From an uncultured archaeon (GTDB lineage: Archaea > Asgardarchaeota > Thorarchaeia > Thorarchaeales > Thorarchaeaceae), in assembly GCA_964648855.1 (NCBI GenBank), contig CAZYLT010000007.1, forward strand, positions 60,001 through 92,000: a DNA stretch of 32,000 nt. The letters run 5' to 3'. The position numbers were made by a program, and so were the translations under genes. This document shows, one piece after another, positions 26,807-32,000 of the stretch (its first letter is position 1; every line of letters begins with the position of its first letter). The notes under the pieces were generated by a model. The model was not told the origin of the DNA and did not search any database. It was given only the letters and a program-made list of their open reading frames with translations.

Positions 26807-27559
26807 ATGAAGCTATTTGACGCACATACACACCTGGATATGAGACATTTTCGTAATGACCGTGATGTGGTCATAAAAAGGGCGAGAGATGCAGGGTTGG
26901 TGGGCATGGTAAATAGCTCCATTGGACCCGGGTCATTCCGAAGAACACTGGGGCTGGTGAATAAATATGATGGGTTTGTCTTTCACTCACCAGGTTGTCA
27001 GGTTTCAAAACTAACCGATGATGAGGCACTAGAAATTACTGACATGAGTAGAAAGTATTCGAATGATATAGTAGCCATTGGGGAGGTCGGGTTAGACTAT
27101 TACTGGGTAAAGGACGAGGCCGGAAGGAAGGCTCAAGAACCTCGTTTCATAAAATTCATGGATTTGGCTATGGATTTGAATTTGCCAATAGTTGTACATT
27201 CACGGAATGCAGAACTCGAAGCTAGCATTTTACTTGAGAAACACTTTGCTGGTGATGTTCTCATGCATTGTTTCGATGGTAAATCCTCTGTTGCAGAGAA
27301 AGTCAATGATAATGGGTGGTCTATCACACTTCCTGCCAATTTTGACAAGCATCAGAATCGAAGTGCGGCTGCGAAGCTGGTTTCTTTGGACCAAATTATG
27401 CTCGAAACTGATGGTCCATATTTATCCCCTGTTGAAGGTCGAAATGAACCCAAGAACGTAATATATGGTTGCAATGCCCTTGCAGGGATCCTAGAACTCG
27501 ATCCTGAACTGGTGGCAGAAACGACAACCAGCAATGCACTAAGATTCTACAATATATAG
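26807..27559 (+). CDS. tatD: TatD family deoxyribonuclease
   Basis: DAHTHLD, AIGEVGLDYY, PIVVHSRNA, MHCF, MLETDGPYLSP, RNEP motifs; GGAGTGG SD. Confidence 0.95.
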   Translation: MKLFDAHTHLDMRHFRNDRDVVIKRARDAGLVGMVNSSIGPGSFRRTLGLVNKYDGFVFHSPGCQVSKLTDDEALEITDMSRKYSNDIVAIGEVGLDYYWVKDEAGRKAQEPRFIKFMDLAMDLNLPIVVHSRNAELEASILLEKHFAGDVLMHCFDGKSSVAEKVNDNGWSITLPANFDKHQNRSAAAKLVSLDQIMLETDGPYLSPVEGRNEPKNVIYGCNALAGILELDPELVAETTTSNALRFYNI

Positions 27560-27613
27560 CAAACCGATAGTGCCAAATGCCTTGACACGCTTGTAGGAGT
27601 GGAATAGACATCC

Positions 27614-28405
27614 ATGTACACGAGGAACTTCATTGACCTGGACCCTGATTCATTAAGAAATCCGATTGCAGTGGTGGGATTTCCAGGTATTGGAAGCGTA
27701 GGGAAAATTGCAGTTGAAACGCTCGCGAGTGTTCTAAATGCACAACGGGTTATGGAATTCTTTTCAAAAGAATCACCATCGAGGATTCTAGTTAAAAATG
27801 GAATATCGCATTTGCCACGCTCAGAGATGTACTTCTACGACGCAGCTCCTGATGAATCCTCCGACCTAATTATGCTCACTGCTGATGCTCAACCAAGTTC
27901 AGATGAGGCTGTCTATGAATACGCTGACTACATAGCTAAGGAATTCAATCGACTCGGAGTACATTCTGTCTATGCTCTAGCAGCATACGAAATGGAGTAC
28001 GACAAATTCTTCAGCCACTATCCTGCACCTCCTCGGATCTTTGTATCTGCAAGTTCAGAAAGCTTGAGAGATCAGATATGCAAACTGAGTGGGTTAGTGG
28101 CAATAGAAAAGGGAGTAATCACAGGTGCAAATGGTGTCGTTCCAGCTTACGCGTCGACGATTTATAATATGGATGGGGTATGCTTGCTTGGGGAAACCCT
28201 CGGGATGATTCGAGTCGATTACCGTGCAGCTCAGAAACTACTGGAGAAATTTGTTCAAAGCATTGGGCTTAGGGCTAATTTCGAAATTTTGGATGGGCCA
28301 GCTTCAAAAGTCATAGAAATCATAGAGTGGGCAGATAAAGAGATTCAACAGGGTGCAGATGAAATGGGCGAAGACGAAACACCCCCGGACAGGTACATTG
28401 GATAA
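27614..28405 (+). CDS. PAC2 family proteasome assembly chaperone
   Basis: VGFPGIGSVGKIA, LTADAQP, ITGANG, CLLGET, DYRAA and C-terminal RYIG. Confidence 0.88.
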   Translation: MYTRNFIDLDPDSLRNPIAVVGFPGIGSVGKIAVETLASVLNAQRVMEFFSKESPSRILVKNGISHLPRSEMYFYDAAPDESSDLIMLTADAQPSSDEAVYEYADYIAKEFNRLGVHSVYALAAYEMEYDKFFSHYPAPPRIFVSASSESLRDQICKLSGLVAIEKGVITGANGVVPAYASTIYNMDGVCLLGETLGMIRVDYRAAQKLLEKFVQSIGLRANFEILDGPASKVIEIIEWADKEIQQGADEMGEDETPPDRYIG

Positions 28406-28597
28406 TTATTCCACCATTTCGGGGCTCAGAATGTCTGTGATGGATGCTTTTGAATCCAGATTGATATAGAAATAGTGACCTTCATGAACAACTTTTACCA
28501 TGAAAGGAAATCTCTTAGCTTCCTCCAGTATTCCTTCAGGTACCTTCAGAACCGTTTTCTTTTTGCAAACTGGACAATCTGCATATCTCTCTAGCAT
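28406..28597 (-). CDS. Small putative Zn-binding protein (CxxC...HxxH)
   Basis: 63 aa, CPVC...FPF..VVHEGHYFYINLD; GGAAGAGA purine tract upstream. Confidence 0.72.
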   Translation of the reverse strand: MLERYADCPVCKKKTVLKVPEGILEEAKRFPFMVKVVHEGHYFYINLDSKASITDILSPEMVE

Positions 28598-28623
28598 GTT
28601 AAATCTCTTCCTTTCCAGCTATC

Positions 28624-29034
28624 TCACAACTTCTCTATTTTCGAATCTGGACCAACAATCAGTTGCGAGTTCCACATATCCGGATTCTGCATCGCGTCAG
28701 TGAAAATCTCAATCAACTCTTCAGAACTCTTCGCAGCTATGAAATCCCTATCTGTTCCGACAATGCGGATGTTTTCATATACTGCTGCCTCTATAAGAAA
28801 TCGAAAGATTTTGGAATCGTTTGTTGCCTCCAAAATGAGGAATTTCGAAAAGTCTCTGAATTCCTCGTTTGGACCCCTTAGAGAACCATCCAGAACCGTT
28901 ATTCTCCCCTTTTCTTTCGTTTGTTTGAGCAGATACGCTCTAAGGATTCTGTTGCCAACCTTTCTTCGAATATCAATGAATTCCTCAACTCCTCCATCCG
29001 GTAATCTGAGTTTCCATACTGGTTGTTTACTCAT
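28624..29034 (-). CDS. Hypothetical protein (136 aa, alpha/beta)
   Basis: Clean ORF co-oriented with the Zn-binding gene; no family recognised. Confidence 0.7.
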   Translation of the reverse strand: MSKQPVWKLRLPDGGVEEFIDIRRKVGNRILRAYLLKQTKEKGRITVLDGSLRGPNEEFRDFSKFLILEATNDSKIFRFLIEAAVYENIRIVGTDRDFIAAKSSEELIEIFTDAMQNPDMWNSQLIVGPDSKIEKL

Positions 29035-29043
29035 TGGGGCACC

Positions 29044-29078
29044 AAATATTCAGTACGAATATTTCAAATATAGTATTT
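29044..29078. promoter_or_regulatory. Candidate operator palindromes in divergent promoter region
   Basis: AAATATTC-AGTAC-GAATATTT (29044-29064) and AAATA-TAG-TATTT (29066-29078). Confidence 0.4.
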
Positions 29079-29172
29079 ATTTCGCTGTATATACATTGGA
29101 GACTGCTCAGAATATCTTTATTTGCTATGAGGCATATCCTACAATCAGCAATAATCAGCGGAGCCTAAATTC

Positions 29173-29892
29173 ATGCTTCAGACCGTCGATATGATAATCA
29201 GAGAAGTTCACGTGGGACTATGGTTCCTCGTTGTTGGATATTACTTCTTTGTCTTCATCTTTCTCCTATTTTTCAGATGGAGAAAAAGCCGTAATCCATT
29301 CCAACTTGCAATGGCTATCTTCTTCTTGCTATTGGCTCTTGGAAGAGCATTCTACTTTGTTGGGGATTTCTATGCAGATCCAACGTCGTTGTACGGAAGT
29401 TTACCCTCTCTTGGTCTTGAGCCATTTTTCGCAGATGCCTCTGGCTGGTTGGCTATAGGTGCGTTCTTTCAATGGATGGCATTGGCAATGCTATCTGCAA
29501 CAGCTGGATTCATGATAATAGGCAAAAGATGGGCCGAGATAGCTTTTGCTGCACCCGCTATAATTATTGGATTGTTGCTCGGACTTGCTCCTCTTGATTC
29601 AACCACAAGATGGATTCTTTCTGGTGGCGCTGGTGCAATTTATGCCCTATTCATCCCGCTCTTGTTCTGGTATTTGGCTTACCAATCGGGTGGCATGCTC
29701 CGGAAATCAAACTTTCTGCTTGGACTGGGTTTCATGATTCTGTTTGCTGGAAGAGTCATCCACGCAGCCAGACATTGGCTGGCGGATGTGATTTTCGTTA
29801 CCTATACAATTCCTGGAGTCTTAGCGCCCGGACTAATTGTAATTGGACTGATTCTTATTGCAACTGGTAATGAATGGGGTCAAGTGCAATAG
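29173..29892 (+). CDS. Stand-alone integral membrane protein with about 7 TM helices
   Basis: Seven hydrophobic segments and no soluble domain; alternative start at 29191. Confidence 0.85.
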   Translation: MLQTVDMIIREVHVGLWFLVVGYYFFVFIFLLFFRWRKSRNPFQLAMAIFFLLLALGRAFYFVGDFYADPTSLYGSLPSLGLEPFFADASGWLAIGAFFQWMALAMLSATAGFMIIGKRWAEIAFAAPAIIIGLLLGLAPLDSTTRWILSGGAGAIYALFIPLLFWYLAYQSGGMLRKSNFLLGLGFMILFAGRVIHAARHWLADVIFVTYTIPGVLAPGLIVIGLILIATGNEWGQVQ

Positions 29893-29949
29893 TATCTGAA
29901 AATCAGATTATCAAAATCGTGATGTAGGCTCTCCATCAAATCATTTGGT

Positions 29950-30573
29950 CTATTCAGCGTATTCGCCAATTTCCTTCCATTCGAGCATATCCATATCCTC
30001 AAGTGTATGGAGAGATTTCTGTACCTCTTTCATAGGCATACCTAGCTGGTCAGCGATGTCTCTTGATGTCAGTTTGCCCTTGCACATCTCTGCAACATCG
30101 AATACTTCTTGGGTCATCTGTCCAAGTCTAACCAACATTGGAGAAACCTTGCCTTTCAGGACCGGAACAATAATCCTCATCTCTGAGGCTTTTCCTTTTT
30201 TGGTAATTTCATCGATGACCGTAATGAATTGCTCAAAGGGCTCTAGATTTCCGTCCCAATCATTGAGCAAATCCTTGTACTTCTTCACAAATGCATTATT
30301 GACGTCTGCCAATACCGCCATTGCAGCGTTCTGGTCGTCGGTCTTATCTACTGTTGCCGCCACTATTACGTTGCTTCTCAATGACATACAGATATCAAAT
30401 GCGCCAAAATCTATGACATGAACTCTGTTTCCAGAGCTTAACTCTTGCCCAAAAGATATCAAAGCGGTCAGGAAACCACTGACCAGATTCGGGTCCATCT
30501 CGGCTTGCCCGTATTTTTTGTCAAGAACACAAAGTCCGCTGTCTGCAACTAGTACATAGATGGCTTGAATCAA
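29950..30573 (-). CDS. Longin-domain protein with C-terminal winged helix
   Basis: IQAIYVLVADSGLCVL..DPNLVSGFLTALISFGQEL..F.KKY..WDG..PF.F is a longin pattern; CKGKLTSRDIADQLGMPMKEVQKSLHTLEDMDMLEW is a wHTH pattern. TTG start. Confidence 0.8.
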   Translation of the reverse strand: MIQAIYVLVADSGLCVLDKKYGQAEMDPNLVSGFLTALISFGQELSSGNRVHVIDFGAFDICMSLRSNVIVAATVDKTDDQNAAMAVLADVNNAFVKKYKDLLNDWDGNLEPFEQFITVIDEITKKGKASEMRIIVPVLKGKVSPMLVRLGQMTQEVFDVAEMCKGKLTSRDIADQLGMPMKEVQKSLHTLEDMDMLEWKEIGEYAE

Positions 30574-30705
30574 TATCGGGCTACTCCTTGTAAACTTGCT
30601 ATCTTATCCTTCTTAGCTATATATCACTTCTCGTGGCTTATTGGTATGGTTAAATACAAGTTCTTTATGTGTTCGAACGAGTTATACTCAACAAAGGTGG
30701 GTTGT

Positions 30706-31401
30706 TTGGATACTGCAAAGGATGCCAGGATTCTGGTTCTCGAAGACGCTTTACACCGATTGAATGAAATCGTTTCCAAGCGTAAGCTAAAACTGCATTT
30801 GGACTACTCGGCACTAGATGCCTTGCTTTCGAAGGCTGGAAGCCTTCTCTATGAAGTGAAGTATTCTTACATTGATTCTCACGCTCTTGCTCAGGCTATG
30901 CCCACAGTTAAAATCGTGGAATTGACGGACCGATTTCAGACTCTTGTAGGGACTGCGATCGCTTCAGGTTACGTCCCCAAAACAAAGAACCAGGAACTGG
31001 CTTTGGCTGAATACAAATATGCTCTGCGGATAATAAACGGGTTTCCAGACCGATTAGAACGGTACGATGAAGAACCAGCTCGCGCTGTGGACATACTAGC
31101 TGTGAAGATTACTAAGAAACAATCAGTTGAAGAGTCTGAAAACCTCCAAGCATGCAGGTGTACTGATGGGTCGAGGATTTGGATGATTGTTACAAATTTG
31201 AAAAACGTCGCTCCAGAAATGAAGCTATGTTGTGCAGTCTTACCTCCTGTGGAAATAATGGGCATCATGAGTGAAGCGATGTTTTTGGGCATGAATGAAT
31301 TAGGTGAAGCTGTACCTCTCGGAATGATTGAAGATGCTCCCTCACCTGTGCTTGACCAAGCCAGATCTCAAGTTAAAGAAATCATCAAGAGGATGATGTA
31401 A
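30706..31401 (+). CDS. Archaeal tRNA/RNA-binding protein with C-terminal EMAP/Trbp OB-fold
   Basis: N-terminal DTAKDARILV, VKYSYI, and C-terminal IVTNL..AVLPP..MGIMSEAMFLG; TTG at 30706 with AAGGTGG SD. Confidence 0.8.
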   Translation: MDTAKDARILVLEDALHRLNEIVSKRKLKLHLDYSALDALLSKAGSLLYEVKYSYIDSHALAQAMPTVKIVELTDRFQTLVGTAIASGYVPKTKNQELALAEYKYALRIINGFPDRLERYDEEPARAVDILAVKITKKQSVEESENLQACRCTDGSRIWMIVTNLKNVAPEMKLCCAVLPPVEIMGIMSEAMFLGMNELGEAVPLGMIEDAPSPVLDQARSQVKEIIKRMM

Positions 31402-31740
31402 TTGGATCTAAACACGATTCAAACCATGAAAGCAGAATTTGAAGAATCCAGGGGCTGGAATAAGTTCCCAGCGTCACTTGTATTCACTCATCTAGTTGAA
31501 GAACTGGGTGAAATTTCTCGTCATATCACGTTTGAGGAAGGATACAAAGTGGCAGGTCTTGGACATGAAGAGCCCAACAGAAGCCATCTAAAACGCGAGT
31601 TTGCTCAGGTTTTCTCACTCTTCATACAGCTTGCCAATCATTATGACATTGACTTGGAACAATGTGTGCTGGAAGAATTAGAAATCATGAGAAAGAGATT
31701 TCCCGAGGATGATTGGAAGGAATATATGAATAGCCGTTAG
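31402..31740 (+). CDS. MazG-like nucleotide pyrophosphohydrolase
   Basis: HLVEELGEI..REFAQV..LANHYDIDLE motif. Confidence 0.85.
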   Translation: MDLNTIQTMKAEFEESRGWNKFPASLVFTHLVEELGEISRHITFEEGYKVAGLGHEEPNRSHLKREFAQVFSLFIQLANHYDIDLEQCVLEELEIMRKRFPEDDWKEYMNSR

Positions 31741-31741
31741 C

Positions 31742-32000
31742 CTATTCCATTTTACGGCGCGCTTCAAGTGCCTTCTTTGCCATGTCTTCAAGGTCCTTCG
31801 TGGCAGCCAATAGCCCTAGGGCCTTATTATGCACGACTTTGATATTCTTCTCCTTTGCCCATTGAGCTAGACCTGTGACAAGGGGACCAAGTGCCGTTCT
31901 TGCCGCCTCTACAGTGCCCACAGCCTTCCCCATTAGCTCAATGCTATGTGTCTTTTCTTTTCCTGCCTCAGCTACTCTTAGCCACACTAGGCCGTGAATC
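31742..32000 (-). CDS. Hypothetical protein, C-terminal part (5'-truncated by the window edge)
   Basis: The frame stays open to the window end (IHGLVWLRVAE...); helical sequence. Confidence 0.65.
   Translation of the reverse strand, partial: IHGLVWLRVAEAGKEKTHSIELMGKAVGTVEAARTALGPLVTGLAQWAKEKNIKVVHNKALGLLAATKDLEDMAKKALEARRKME

Noticed and set aside
29173-29892. 7TM protein as a microbial rhodopsin
   Set aside because: No Lys in the seventh helix and no rhodopsin helix C motif.
1-32000. CRISPR arrays, tRNA/rRNA genes, transposases, integrases and defence systems
   Set aside because: No regularly spaced repeats or cloverleaf-like sequences in the short intergenic gaps and no mobile-element proteins; TatD and MazG appear to be housekeeping here.

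Overview
Gene-dense archaeal chromosomal segment, most likely from an Asgard archaeon (Thorarchaeia-like). This is inferred from a longin-wHTH protein, a stand-alone 7TM protein, PDCD5, PAC2, an SCP2-type thiolase/DUF35 pair and frequent TTG starts. No rRNA, tRNA, CRISPR or mobile element was recognised. From left to right the window contains: (1) an ECF transporter + racemase + DUF1177 + AroM operon facing an M20 amidohydrolase; (2) acyl-CoA catabolic genes (thiolase/DUF35, enoyl-CoA hydratase, MBL hydrolase); (3) a glycerol-kinase-like FGGY kinase with a remodelled substrate pocket, then a tightly coupled operon of divergent GlpABC, an alkyl-DHAP-synthase (AGPS)-like flavoprotein, a second CCG Fe-S protein and an MSMEG_0568-type radical SAM enzyme, followed by a GNAT and an atypical aldehyde dehydrogenase; (4) housekeeping genes (RsmB/NOP, PDCD5, TatD, PAC2, tRNA-binding protein, MazG) interleaved with candidate eukaryote-like proteins (SNAP-like helical repeat protein, NPRL2-like longin-wHTH, 7TM). 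Block 3 is the best candidate for an undescribed system: a putative oxygen-independent glycerol-ether (alkylglycerol) processing pathway. All family calls come from motif recognition by eye, and reference sequences are recalled from memory; no searches were run.
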